Assembly (NCBI GenBank): GCA_951406725.2
Contig: OX597815.1
Span: forward strand, 81,778,001 to 81,842,000
Direction: 5' to 3'
DNA from: Octopus vulgaris
Lineage: Eukaryota
Length of the DNA stretch: 64,000 nt
Shown here: positions 13,815-27,322 of the stretch, piece after piece
Position numbering within the stretch: the stretch's first letter is position 1
Layout of the letters: every line of letters starts with the position of its first letter
The notes under the pieces: model-generated
Told to the model about the DNA's origin: nothing
Databases searched by the model: none
Seen by the model: the letters and a program-made list of their open reading frames with translations, nothing else
Translations under genes and position numbers: made by a program

Positions 13815-14190
13815 TCTTTTACTTGTTTCAGTCACTAGATTGTGGCCACGCTGGGGCACTACCTTGAAGAATATATAGTCGAATGTATCAACCCCAGTAC
13901 ATTTTTTTAAAAGCCTGGTACTTATTCTATCGATCTCTTATGCCGAACCGCTAAGTTCGGGGGATATAAGCACATCAGCACTGGTTGTCAAAGGGAGGGG
14001 GGCAAACACAGACACGCATACATAGATATATGCGACGGACTTCTTTCAGTTTCCGTCTACCAAATCCACTCAAGGCTTTGGTCGGTTCGAGGCTATAGTA
14101 CAAGACGCTTGCTCGAGGTGCTACTCGATGGGAGTGAACTTGGAACCATGTGGTTGGGAAGCAAGCTTCTTACCACACAGCCACGCCTAT
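13815..14190 (-). mobile_element. tRNA-derived SINE, family A (octopus OK/OR-like)
   Basis: Minus strand head GGCGTGGCTGTGTGGTAAGAAGCTTGCTTCCCAACCACATGGTTCCAAGTTCACTCCC, followed by the same body and tail as the full copy at 46001. An adjacent 5'-truncated copy lies at 14255-14640. Confidence 0.85.
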
Positions 14191-14463
14191 ATATATATAT
14201 TTCATTTTTGGATTTGGTTTGCAAATGATATATATGATGTACGTGTACCTTTTATCTGTTACTTGTTTCAGTCATTAGACTGCGGCCATGCTGGAGCACC
14301 GCTTTGAGGAATTTTTGACGAACAAGTCGACTCCAGTACTTGTTTTCTTTCTAAGCCAATTACTTATTCTATCAGGCTCTTTTACCGAACCGCTAAGTTA
14401 CAGGGACGTAAACACATCAACACCGGTTGTCAAGCGGCGGTTGGGAACAAACACATAGTCTCA

Positions 14464-14528
<65 letters not shown>

Positions 14529-15411
14529 ACACACACATACACACATACACACACACAAATATATGAGAAGCTTCTTTCAGTTTCAGTCTACCAAATCCAC
14601 TCTCAAGGTTTTGGTCGGCCCGAGGCTATAGTAGAAGACAACAGAACTCAATCCGTTAAATGTAGAGTATTATTAAATATATTATAACTGAAAATCTCTT
14701 AATTTCCACTACTCTTATCTTCATGCCTCCGCTCCTTCAGCTGGCAGTTTGAGCATATTATCTCTTCAGCTATATGTTGTTTGAATATATTTTGAAATAC
14801 AATACGAAATTTATCATGAAAACGTTTATCTTCATTTGCTTTTCACAAAAAACGAAAAAAGAAAAAATCGTGTAAGTGATAACTCTTTCTCTCGCTCTCG
14901 AAATATGTGTGTGTCTGTCTTTTGCTGTTTGACCTTCGTATAACGACAATGATTATATAATATTACATAATCATTACTTATATTCCTGATGTGTCTAAAT
15001 CATATGTTGTTGAAACGATCGTAATAAAGGAATGATTATATAAAACCCATTCATGGACATGTGCATGCCTACCTACCTACCTACCTACCTACCTACCTAC
15101 CTACACACATACATACATGCAAACACACCCACCCACACACACACACATATATATATATACACACTGTATACATTGAAATAGTTTAATACCCGCGTTTCAG
15201 GTTTCCGTAGCCTGAAACGTTCAGATTATTTGGTTTCGAAATATCATTATTTGGTTTGATTTCATTATTACAACTAATACAACTCAATGCCAGTTCAAAC
15301 TAGCTGGTCTTGACTCCACTGAAGCGGATACTTTAACACTGGTTTGGAGCAGTTTGTTTCGTTTGACTCGAGTCGAAAATTCCCATACCCATTCACCGCA
15401 TCTCAGCGCAA

Positions 15412-15464
<53 letters not shown>

Positions 15465-15467
<3 letters not shown>

Positions 15468-15848
15468 TCTTTACTCTTTTACTTGTTTCAGTCATTTGAC
15501 TGCGGCCATGCTGGTGCACCCGGGACTTATTCTTTGTAAGCCCAGTACTTATTCTATCGGTCTCTTTTTGCCGAACCGCTAAGTGACGGGGACATAAGCA
15601 CAGCAGCATCGGTTGTCAAGCAATGCTAGGGTTACAAACACAGACACACAAACACACACACATACATACATATATATACACATATATACGAGAGGCTTCT
15701 TTCAGTTTCCGTCTACCAAATCCACTCACAAGGCATTGGTCGGCCCGAGGCTATAGCAGAAGACACTTGCCCAAGATGCCACGCAGTGGGACTGAACCCG
15801 GAACCATGTAGTTGGTTAGCAAGCTACTTACCACACAGCCACTCCTAC
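15465..15848 (-). mobile_element. SINE family A, near full length with an internal deletion
   Basis: Close match to 46001-46406 in reverse, with a tail of GAGTAAAA repeats. Confidence 0.88.
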
Positions 15849-15850
15849 GA

Positions 15851-15884
<34 letters not shown>

Positions 15885-15889
<5 letters not shown>

Positions 15890-16070
15890 ATCCAAACAAG
15901 AAAGCACAAAAAAACAACAACAACGCGAGGACGTGGAACAAATATAGTATTATTGGACGCTCAGGAAAGAAGGAAAGAAGGAAGGTTTAACGTTTCGAGC
16001 GGAGCTCTTCGTCGGAAACATAGAAGGAAAGATCCAGAGAAGGGAAGACAGGGGAAAAAAAATCGCCAAT
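15885..16070 (-). mobile_element. Penelope-type terminal-repeat fragment (family P1) in (TA)n
   Basis: Same sequence as 32885-33090 (+) and 56470-56680 (-). It carries a hammerhead motif and is flanked by (TA)n. A degenerate relative follows at 16100-16280. Confidence 0.65.
15985..16019 (-). ncRNA. Minimal type I hammerhead ribozyme motif (U4C core variant)
   Basis: Minus strand: GTTT-CCGACGA-A-GAGC(TCC)GCTC-GAAACGT-T-AAAC. Stem I is GTTT/AAAC and stem III is the palindrome ACGT. Confidence 0.55.
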
Positions 16071-16297
16071 ATATATATATGCAGTCAATTCAAAGACCAA
16101 ATAATTGAAAACAGAGAAAGAAAGAAAGAAAGAAACAAAGAAAAAACGAACGGGAGGACGTGCACAAGAAATATATTAATTTGACGCTCGGTGAAAGAAA
16201 AGAGTTGTTAAGATTTCGGGAGTAGTTCTTCGTCGGAAAGAGTAAGAAGGAAAAATAAGAAAAAATCGCCAACGATCCACATGTATGTATGTATGTA

Positions 16298-16345
<48 letters not shown>

Positions 16346-16524
16346 AATATGCTATAGATGTTAAATATGTTCTTGGAACAGAGGCTTTTGTTTCATGCAT
16401 CATTAACGCAATATTTTAACCATTGTCTTAGCATCAGCGCAAGCAATTTGTGACGATCGTAAAATAATTTGCTATTCATATATAAACTGATCTAAGAACG
16501 CCGGACACCGAAGAAAGAAGACAA

Positions 16525-16604
<80 letters not shown>

Positions 16605-16669
16605 TCTGAGTATTCTACAATTTACAGACAATAAATTAAAATAAACTTAGGTAAATAAGTGCCATAATA

Positions 16670-16885
16670 ATGATTTAAAATTTTTGCCACAAGGGTAGCT
16701 TGTGGTAGGGGATTAAGTCGATTGCATCGACCCCAGTGTTTCACTGGTACTTAATTTATGGACCTCGAAATGATGAAAGCCAAAGTCGACATCAGCGGAA
16801 TTTCAACTCAGAACTTAGTGACGAGCGGAAAACCGCTAAACATTCCGGCCAGCGTGCAAAACGATTCTCCCAGCTCACCGTCTTG
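16670..16885 (-). mobile_element. SINE family B
   Basis: Matches the family consensus seen at 2050 and 23180. Confidence 0.8.
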
Positions 16886-16979
16886 AATAAGTCCCATAAT
16901 AACAATAATGTTAGAAACGATTTCTCGCAAATACGAAAATATAAAGAAAATATGTTTATTCGCGTATAAATAAAATATA

Positions 16980-17393
16980 TGGATCTTTTCGGTTTGAACG
17001 GCAGTTTTTAACATAATTTCTAGGTAACTAAAAAATTTTAAACTTCGTATACTGGTAAAATGTGTTTATAAAACATCTTTTTCTCTTGGCTTTATTGAGA
17101 AAATTCTATGATTTGTAAGATATTTGTTGTTGTTTTTTCTTCAATTTCTGCAATTTCAACCAATCACTGACATCTATTGAGGTAAAAAAACATTCTGTAC
17201 CGTATGAATATGTCCCTCGTTTAAGAAACAGATTGGGTTTATTTACATTTGTGAAGAAAAAAAAGACACCCTCCCCCCACCCTAACCCTAAAACAGATTG
17301 AAATGCAACAGATCGATACTCGGGTCATAATTATGGGTGACAATTTCATATGACACCGCTAGAAAAAACTGCCGTTCAAACTGAAAAGATCCA
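16980..17393. mobile_element. Non-autonomous DNA transposon (MITE) with 30-bp TIRs and 6-bp TSD
   Basis: TIR TGGATCTTTTC(G/A)GTTTGAACGGCAGTTTTT at both ends with one mismatch. TSD AATATA at 16974-16979 and 17394-17399. Internal ACCCTAACCCTAA. Confidence 0.9.
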
Positions 17394-18032
17394 AATATAC
17401 TTTTTTCGCTCAAAACAGTTTTAGAAAAGAGCCCATGTCCAGATTTAGAGCAGAAATACCATATGAGCGATGAGATTATTCACGGTGGCAGCCTTGCTCA
17501 GCCGTAATTCAAATAAATGAAACAAATACAAGAGTAAAAGGTTACATAGGGAGATACTGTGTACACAAGAAAGAGAAAGAAACTAAGAGTTTTGTGCTCG
17601 TTGGGTGGCAATCGCTACTTGCTAGTTCACTCGTCTCAGTAGTTTGTAGCATGAGTTAGTATATAACTTGCTGACACGTAACATTTATATTTTGCTGAAG
17701 CAGTCATATATATATAGGAGATACAAAGAGAGATGGAGATAATGAGAGAGAAAGAGAGAAGGGAAGGAAAAAGAGAGGAGAGAGAGGGGAAGAGAGACTG
17801 CTGGGTGAGAAAAAGAAAAAAGGCAAATGATGCATAGAACATATAAGTATATATACATGCATACACATATATATGCGTGTGTATATACATATATGTATAT
17901 ATTAATATGTATATATATATTTATATATACATATATACATGTATATATATATATATACACACACATATATATACAAATATATATATTAATTCATATATAT
18001 ATACATACATATATATATATACATACATATAC

Positions 18033-18097
<65 letters not shown>

Positions 18098-18157
18098 TAT
18101 GTATATATATATTTATATTTATGAATATATATATATATATATATATATACATACATG

Positions 18158-18226
<69 letters not shown>

Positions 18227-18700
18227 TTCATACACACACTTATGATATGATATATAATGTACGTGTTGGTAAGTGTACGTATGTGTTCGAGACGCATGAA
18301 TATGTGTGTGATTGTATGTGTGTATGTATAAGTGTGTTCCTGCACAGGTAATGGAATGAGTAGTTTATGGTAGAGAAGAATAAATGGGAAACAATAAAAA
18401 AAAAAAAAAGTGAAAGTAGAGTAGTAGAGGTGGCGTTGCTAGGTAGGGGTTCGAATACTATAGCGTCGCTTATGATGTTGCAGTCTGCTAGAACAGCAGT
18501 AGGTGTCTGAAACGGAAGTTCAAATTTTGAGATTTCCAATTCTGATTCTTTTCACCTTTCTTCACTTTACTTTCTTTCCTTCCTTCTTTTTTTTTCTTTT
18601 ATTCATTCATTCACTCATTCGTTTTGTATTCTTTTGTCTTTCACCTGTTTTTGTTTTTTTTTTGTTTTCCGGTAATTGAATATCGATATCAGGTATCCAT

Positions 18701-18769
<69 letters not shown>

Positions 18770-18770
18770 A

Positions 18771-18820
<50 letters not shown>

Positions 18821-19283
18821 TCTATCTACTTATCTACCTACCTACCTACCTACCTACCTACCTACCTACCTACCTGTCTGTCTGTCTGTCTGTCTGTCTG
18901 TATCCAGTGAAACTTACGAGTCTAACGTGCATGCTCACACAAAACAAGTATGTGCGCACACACAGACACACTCGTTTACAGATATACATAACATACATAC
19001 ACACGCCCGTGCATGCACTTAGACGCACGCACTTACGTACACACACATACACGTATATATTCATGTAGTCATACACATTTTATGTATGGTAAGCACAGAC
19101 ATATTCCATACGTATATTTGTGCTTAGAAATGTTCTGCGTTATCATAATGCAATAATGTGTCCCTGCAGAACCGCTGTGGTGTAACATCTAAATGCACTA
19201 TCGGCCTCAGGTGCGGAAAACACAATGTCGAAACGTGCGTAGAGGACACATGGTTTTAAGCTGCATATTGTGTTTATCATTTT

Positions 19284-19372
<89 letters not shown>

Positions 19373-19524
19373 CTGACCCTACCATCAGACAGGAATGCCT
19401 ACTCTTCCGCTTTTTGTAGAAGGGAAGCGTTCCGATGGTTAGGCGATGCATTTGCTGTCAACACCCGCTAAATGGAGGACTGGGTATGCCGTGGTTGATA
19501 ATGCGCATATATGCGCTGAGAATG

Positions 19525-19592
<68 letters not shown>

Positions 19593-20288
19593 GTTAAAAA
19601 AACATGGTAAATGCATAAACGAAAAACAGACACAGAATGGCAAGTTAAAAAACATATCCATATATATATAACAGACAGTTAATGAAGTAGTGAGCCATTA
19701 TCGTATAAAGGTTTCAAGACTTTAAGTTCCAGAGAATTAATGTTATTTAATAAATTTGGTCACAATCTGCAATATGTTTCGAAGTTCCGACATCTTCAAA
19801 TAACTGTAAAATTGCAGTATTAGTTTTTAAATATAGTGCTTAGAAATGAAAAATTCCTTTGGTGCAGTTTTAAATTTCTCTATGGGTCCACGTTCTAGAA
19901 CCTAGGGAAGAAATAAGAGAGAAAAAGAGGGAGAAATAAGTGGGAGGGAAGATGAGAAAAAGAAGAAAATAAGTGAAATCCTAATATGTAGGAGTTTCCC
20001 TCAACTGTAAAATTGAAATGCCAGCAGAATTTTCATTTTAGAGAAGAAAAGGTGAAAGGGATAAAGTGTATAGGGATAAAAATTTTAATTTAGAAAAGAA
20101 GAGAGAGAGAGAGAGAGAGGTGGGGGGAGAAAATCAAATGAGTACTTGAATAAGGGTTTTGGGGCAAAACGTGTTTGGTACATTTTTCACAAAAATAAAT
20201 TAGAAAGCTAAATCTAATCAATGCCGTATTTTACTGCGTTGGCAGTGCTATTATATCACTTGTCAAGGTTATCTCTACAGATATTCTA

Positions 20289-20503
20289 TAGAAATCATAG
20301 CCAGCGCTGATTTTCTTACGACGGTTCGTATCTGAGTACGCCAAATGTAAACAACGATAAGATCGATGGTGAAACATGGGTAATAGGTGTAAATATCATA
20401 TACCTCCATTACCTATTTTTCATCTTCGATCTTATTGTTGTTTACATAAAGCGTACTCGGATACGAAACAGCACAACAAAATCAATGCTGGCTATAATTG
20501 CTA
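20289..20503. mobile_element. Fold-back (palindromic) MITE-like element
   Basis: Imperfect inverted arms of about 100 bp (e.g. ATGTAAACAACGATAAGATCGA / TCGATCTTATTGTTGTTTACAT) around a short spacer, with TA at both ends. Confidence 0.75.
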
Positions 20504-20528
20504 AATCTCATGTTTTGTCTAAGTTTCT

Positions 20529-20721
20529 TATTTCTTTATTGCCCACAGGGGGCTAGAAATAGACAGACGGGACAAACATAGACAGACAAAGGGTTTAAGT
20601 CGATTACATCGACCCCAGTGCGTAACTGGTACTTAATCGATTCCGAAAGGATGAAAGGCAAAGTCGACCTCGGCGGAATTTGAACTCAGAACGTAACGGC
20701 AGACGAAATACCGCCTTAGAC
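20529..20721 (-). mobile_element. SINE family B with 16-bp TSD and a head deletion
   Basis: TSD TTTTGTCTAAGTTTCT at 20513-20528 and 20722-20737. Confidence 0.9.
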
Positions 20722-20894
20722 TTTTGTCTAAGTTTCTAGATTTTCGATGACGAAAGCGTGTAATGCATACGTCATTAGTACAAAAAGATAAAATCATTTC
20801 TTTAAAAATTAATGAGGCGGTGAGAGAGAAATGAAGTTAGGAGTTAGATACGAACTCAGTTGAATTGTAAAGTATTTAAGATATAAATGATAAA

Positions 20895-21690
20895 GGCTTC
20901 AAATTTTGACACAGGGTCAGCAGTTTATGAGGGGAAAGGGAAGTCGATTTATATCGGCCCCAATACGCAACTGGTACTTATTTTATTGACCCTGAAAGGA
21001 TGACAGACAAAGACACCATCGGCGGAGTTTGAACTCAGAACATAAAGACGGATGGAATGCCGTTAAGCGTTTTACCCGGTGTGCTAACGATTCTGCCAGC
21101 TCACCGCCTTAAAGATATGCATAATAATTCTTTCAGCTACAGGCATAAAACCTGAATTTAGTGTGTGTATGTGGTGGTGGTGGTAGGTGGCTGTTGGGTA
21201 AGTCGATTACATTGACAGCAGTGCTCAACTGGTATTCATTTTATAGAATGCTTTCAAGTTTTGGCATAATACCAGCAATTTCGGGGGTTGGGTGGGTGGG
21301 GTAAATCGATTACATCGACCCAGTGCTCAACTAGTTCCCATTTTATCGACCTCGAGAGGATAAAAGGCAAACTCATGCACGGCGGAATTTGAACTCAGAA
21401 CGTAAAGACCGACAAAATGCTGCTAAGATACCCCAGTGCGTAACTGGTACTTGTTTAATCGACCCCGAAAAGATGAAAGGCAAAGCCGACCCCGGCGGAA
21501 TTTGAAACAAGATATATGCATAATAATAATAATGATTATTTTAAATTTTTGGTACAAGGCCAGTCACCAAGGAGGAGGTAGTTGATTACATTGTCCCCCT
21601 TAATACTTGTCTGATACTTTATTTTATCGACCCTGGAAGGATGAAAGGTAAAGTTGACCGTAGCAGGATTTGAACTCAGAATGTGAAGAT
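20895..21690 (-). mobile_element. Cluster of about 5 same-orientation family B SINEs and fragments
   Basis: Repeated GTCGATTACATCGACCCCAG / GGATGAAAGGCAAAGTCGACC / GAATTTGAACTCAGAACG modules separated by AAT repeats. Confidence 0.85.
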
Positions 21691-22554
21691 AAATTGATGT
21701 TTGGCTAAGATGGGTTTAAACGTGCTATAGAAGGTAGAGTGGGAGTTTGTTTTCATATAGAATTGAGGCTAATACATTCCCATAGAGAGGCAATATGAGA
21801 TGAAATTCAAATGAATTAAATAATTATTGTAAAAACCCTAGCCACCAAATATTCCCTTTCTAAACTTATACTCTGAATTTACATTCATTTGAAAATATCA
21901 GAAGATTGAAACGTACTGCAGGTTGTAATGAAATAATTCAGTAAATAATGCACACAAACGAGCGCGCACACACATATATGCGTACATAGGTGCATAGGTG
22001 CAGCAAGCATACATACGTTCATACGGCCATAAACATTCACTTATATATATATATATATCTGAAAGTGTGCATCTGAGGTTTACAAAAACGGGTACATAAA
22101 ACAGAAACTCACATATACAAACACGTATGCAAACACATACACGTGCAAATAAACACCCACACATACACATGCATACTGATTAGTATACGTATATAAACAT
22201 CCACTTTGACAACTTACACACAGATGTACGTATGCATTCCAAAGGAATAATAAACACGCACGCACAAACAGACATTTTCATACGCATACACAAATACACA
22301 CATATACATTATTCATTATACCTATTCGTAGAGATACAGATATATTGAAATCATATATATATATGTTTAAGCATATCGATCACAATATGAATATTTAAAA
22401 TTTACAACTTTATAACTTTAGTTCATGCTGAGGGCAATAACCAGTTTGCCGTCGGCCAACATTAAACTGGAGTAACAGATGCTGTGAAATGTTAAATCCC
22501 AATATTCTATTATAATGGTATGTATATATCTTCGATCAGAGGCATACTACAACA

Positions 22555-22601
<47 letters not shown>

Positions 22602-22689
22602 CACATGTGTATGGATTGATGATCAGTGTAATGATCAAGAAACTTAAAATTCAATAATAATAATAATAATAATAATAATAATCTTATCT

Positions 22690-23375
22690 ACCATAGGCAC
22701 AAAGCCTGGAATTTGTGGGTAGGGTAATAGTCGATCACATCGACTTCAGTACTTGACTAGTACTTAATTTATTGATCCCGAATTGATGAAAGGCAAAGTC
22801 GAACTCGTTGGAATTTAAATTCAGAACGTATGTACAGACGAAATGCCGCTAAGCATTTTGCCCGGCTTGGTAACGATTCTGCCAGCTCGCCGTATTTTTG
22901 ATGGTTATGATGGTAATGGTTTCAAATTTTGGCAGAAGGCCAGTAATTTTTTTGGGAGGTTGGGGGGCTAGTTGATTTCACCGACCCAAGTTCTGAACTG
23001 GTACTTATTTTATCGACACTGAAAGAATGAAACACTAAACCGGACTCGGTAAAATTTGAACTAAGAACGTACAAACTGTTGAAAAACCGCTAAAATAATA
23101 ATAATAATAATAGCAAAACCCATAGTAATTAACACACTCAAACATATACATGTACACACAAATACAATGATATTCTTTTCTTCTCTAGGCACAAGGTCTG
23201 AAATTTTGGGGATTAGATCGACCTCAGTACACAACTGGTACTTAATTTATCGACCCCAGAAGGATGAAAGGCAAAGTCGACCTCGGCGGAATTTGAACTC
23301 AGAACGTAGAGACAGACGAAATGCCGCAAAGCATTTCGCCCGGCGTGCAAACGTTTCTGCCAGCTTGCCGCCTTA
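22690..23375 (-). mobile_element. Three family B SINEs (about 22690-22895, 22920-23095, 23180-23375)
   Basis: Consensus modules as above. Confidence 0.85.
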
Positions 23376-23631
23376 AATTCAAAGATATTAACAAAGAACG
23401 GTAATACGCTGTTGTGGTGATGATTTTTGTTGGGCGGTAGTTAATGGCAGTGATGGTGGTTTTCCTTTGTAATTAGCAAGGAGTTGTAGGCGAAGAATTT
23501 AAATTTTAGTTTTTAGGCTAAAATTTACTAAAGAATATACCGATATGAGTTACCGCATGCGCCATAGTGCATGAGCAATGTCGTCGCATTTGATATTTCT
23601 ATTTATCATTTATTCATGGTTACATATTCAG

Positions 23632-23943
23632 AAGGCGCGTGGTTTAGTGATCAGGGTGTTCGACTCACGACTGTAAGATCGTTAGTTCGATTCTCTGAGT
23701 TGCATTGTGCTCCTGAGCAAGACTCTTTATTTCACGTTGCTCCAGTTCATTCAGCTGGCAAAAATGAGTGGTAATTTGTATTTCAAAGGGCCAGCCTTGT
23801 CATCTGTGTCACGCTGAATCTGCCTAAGAACTACGTTAAGGGTATGCGTGTCTGTGGTGTACTTGCACATTAATTTCACCTGCAGGCTGTTCCATTGATC
23901 GGACCAACTGGAACCCTCGTTGTCGTAACCGACGGAGTACCAG
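23632..23943 (+). mobile_element. tRNA-derived SINE, family C
   Basis: Head GGCGCGTGGTTTAGTGATCAGGG...GTTCGATTC. The 3' half (GAACTACGTTAAGGG...GGAACCCTCGTTGTCGTAACCGACGGAG) is shared with 33450-33640. A head fragment also occurs at about 24900-25025. Confidence 0.8.
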
Positions 23944-24526
23944 TATTCTTCATTTATTTATCTATGTGCATATATGTAAACACGCACACATACTCACGCA
24001 TATGCATATACATATCCCATTGATTTCCCCATTATTAACAAATATCACTTGCTAATTTTCGTTCTACATCAATTAAGCACAAAAGTTTAACACTGGTCTT
24101 CCATATCCCTAAAAAAGGATAGCCCCCCCCGCCACACGTATATATTTATCTAACTATCAAATCAACTTGATGTACTTTTTCATGTTGGTTCTCCATCCAA
24201 GTTCGCAATAGATAACCGAGAAATATATATTTCCTTTGATAAACATTTAAAATCAGATATTGTATTTCATTTACTACACTTGCCTCTCAGATTTATCCGC
24301 CGCGCTGCACACCCATCTTATTTATGTCATTATTTCTAGAATCACTCTGTCCACTACAATAACCAACTAAATATTAAATCCACTTTGCTCTACATCTTAT
24401 ACTTCTCAGAACTTAACACATCAAATTCTTCTTGAAGTCAGGTTTTGACAAATGAAATGCTCTCCATGGTATTTGATACGTCAGTCTTTTTCAACATCAG
24501 CCATACGTCTCTTTCAATTTTAATAA

Positions 24527-24872
24527 TTACCTCCGCCTTAGCAAAGGCAGAGGTATTATTTTCAGTCGTGTTTGTTTGTTTGTCCATGGCCGAGATATTT
24601 CAAAAACCGCTAGATGGATTCGGATGAAACTTTCAGAGATGTTTGGCCTCGTGACTGTCACGAACTGATTAGATTTGGAGATCGATCCAGTACCAGACAA
24701 GGATCCTGGATTATTTTTCCTGTTTTTTTTTTACTTAATTTTAGTATCCTGGTTTGTAAGAGCAATCGAGTTTATTTCAGATATTCTCATTTTAAAAATC
24801 CTCTCTGGCTAATTGTTGAGAGGACGGTTGTGTTGCCTCGACGGTGGTTTGCGCTCTTTGAGTGCTCTTGTC
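24527..24872 (+). mobile_element. Helentron-associated non-autonomous element (HINE/DINE-1-like)
   Basis: 5' TTACCTCCGCCTT...AAGGCAGAGGTA hairpin/subTIR, a GTTT microsatellite, a 3' subTIR GACGGTGGT and hairpin GCGCTCTTTGAGTGC, with T-rich flanks. Confidence 0.75.
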
Positions 24873-25209
24873 TTTTCTTTCAGTTTCCTTTCCCAGCAGG
24901 TGATGATACGTGGCCAAGTGGTTAGAGTGTTGCACACATGATCACAAAACCTTTGTTTCGATACCCGGTCCGAGCCGTACGCTGTGATTTTTGAGAAAAT
25001 CACTTCATTTCACGTTGCTCCAGTCGATGCAACTATAACCATGCAAACCTGGAACTATTGTGATCTCGGTCAATTATGCAATATGGAAACCACGTGACTG
25101 GCCCTATTAACCGTAGGACTCGAGACAGCAATGGCTTGCGAACTTTAGATTGCCATTATATGACTATATCACCATATCATTTTACAAACAATATTTAAAA
25201 AACTAAACA

Positions 25210-25605
25210 TAGGTGTATGCATGACTATATAGTAAAAAGTTACTTCGCAACCACATGGTTCGGTCCCACTGCGTGGCACAGAGGCAAGTGCCTTCTATTA
25301 TGGCCCCGGACTGACCAAGGCCTTATGAGTGGATTTGGTAGACAAAAGGAAAATGAATCCTGTCGAATATATACATATCTAAGTATATCTATGTGCGTGT
25401 AACTTTGTACTGGTGTTTGTCTCCAACCACCGCTTGACAACTGGTGTTTTGGTGAGTTTGCATCCTAGTAACTTAGCGGTTCGGCAAAAGAGACCGATTG
25501 AATATGTACAATGCTTTAAAAAGTGCTGTAGTCAATTCGTTAGACTACAATTCTTCAAGGCCGTGCCCCTGCATGGCCGCAGTCTAATGACTGAAGGAAG
25601 TAAGT
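25210..25605 (+). mobile_element. SINE family A (diverged)
   Basis: CCACATGGTT...CCCACTGCGTGGCAC...TTAGCGGTTCGGCAAAAGAGACCGA...GCATGGCCGCAGTC. Confidence 0.8.
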
Positions 25606-26104
25606 AGTACATATTTTAAAAAAATAACTGTCTACTTTAGAATTTGCAAGCACAATTTATTTTACTATAATTGATTAAGTAAATAAATTCATTGTTCATT
25701 TATCAAAATTTGTATCAATAATGTGTGTGAGAGTGTATATACGTGTATGCACGGAAGATGGCAAAAACTGACGCGGGGAACGAAAATACCTCTCTTTTCT
25801 CCATGTCAACCTGTCCTGTGATCATCCTTCTTGGTCGATAAAAGTGTTAAATAAAATACAAGAATCTTCACAAAAGCAAAACTGAAGTCTGACTGCTACT
25901 CAATGCCTCAATCTATTAAAATATGCGGCCAAGCTGGGGCACCTCCATGAATGATTTTAATCGAAAAGACCGAACTCGGCACTTATTTTATTAATTCTGG
26001 CGCTCATTCTATCGATTCTTTTGCCGAACTACAAGATACGTGAACAAACCAGCATCTACTGCCAGGAGATGGAGAGTGGTGATGAACAAGCACAAAGACG
26101 AGAC

Positions 26105-26140
<36 letters not shown>

Positions 26141-26275
26141 ACTCATACATACATACATACATACATACATAATACATACATACATACATACATGCATGCA
26201 TACATACATACATACATACATACATACATACATACATACATACATACATACATACATACATACATACATACATAC

Positions 26276-26490
26276 ATAGGGGCCCTGAGATATGTAACAC
26301 GCTGCTTAATTACCAATCTTCAGAAATTAGGCTTCTCAAAACCAGAATGGAAAAAGTTAATTCGAAGACTACAGAACTGTAAAAATCAGCAAAACTTTCC
26401 AGAAGTTCAGCATTTAAATATATATGAGCATGTCTAGATATGCAATTATATTCATGAGAATACATACATAAAGCAAAACATACAAATCTG
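26276..26490 (+). mobile_element. RLE-type LINE 3' end inserted in (CATA)n
   Basis: Translates IGALRYVTRCLITNLQKLGFSKPEWKKLIRRLQ / TVKISKTFQKFSI* (frameshifted RLE C-terminus). The 3' UTR probably continues at 27120-27240. Confidence 0.7.
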
Positions 26491-26509
26491 CACACATACA
26501 TACATACAT

Positions 26510-27062
26510 GGTGGCTGCCCCCTCGTTATCGAGTATGGTCATTGCACGAAGCTTAATCAATGTTGTTATCGTGCAATGCCTGTGCAAGAAGATTGTTTTT
26601 TAAAGTGAGGAAAGACTGTGCACTGAGTCAATCCCACTCACTAAGCAACAGCAGCCACAATCCGAAAAGAAGAACAAGTCAACATAATCGGTAACCACTG
26701 AGCTGCAGGTTTTTTCTCGGAGTTATCCCAGTTACCTGAGTTACCTTCTCCTAGAAGGATGCCCTAACAAAGGCTAGGAGTCCTTCACTCCCAATGGTTT
26801 AACCACGCGATCGGGCATTCAGTCCGATCATTTCTATGTCCCCGCGCATGATACACCCATAAGACATTTATTGGATGACCGTTGACTCTCAAGAGTTCCT
26901 CCGCCCTTTGACGGGTTTTGTTTTTCATCCCGCAGGGAGTCCAATAAACACCCTTCTCAACCAAGCAAGCTTGGTGGGGTTGCCGGTTTAGTCGCCGACG
27001 ACCCGACCATGCAACAGGTTGTACTGGGTTACATGTTACCAGTAGCACTCGAAAGTGACCTG
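26510..27062 (-). mobile_element. Non-autonomous RTE-derived element (putative 5' UTR plus RTE 3' tail)
   Basis: The minus-strand end GACCATACTCGATAACGAGGGGCAGCCACC resembles RTE 3' termini. Internal GGGCATCCTTCTAGGAGAAGGTAACTC resembles RTE 5' UTR motifs. Flanked by duplicated ACACATACATACATACAT. Confidence 0.65.
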
Positions 27063-27271
27063 ACACATACATACATACATACATACATACATACATACAT
27101 ACATACATACAAACATACATACAAAAATACCCTGTTGTTGATGTTGATATTCCAATGAAGGAGCCTTGAATCTAGGTTAGAAACCAGCTCTTTCTCTATT
27201 GGCATGAAATCTTGAAATAAAACAGAACAATGACATACACATACACACGTACTCACACATACACACACACA

Positions 27272-27322
<51 letters not shown>

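Noticed and set aside
17279-17292. Telomeric repeat CCCTAA
   Set aside because: Only two units, internal to a MITE.
27145-27195. Hammerhead-like CCAATGAAGG-AGCCT...AGGTT-AGAAACCAGCTC
   Set aside because: The core differs at U4 and the essential G5, and stems I and III do not form in this copy. Worth rechecking only on a family consensus.
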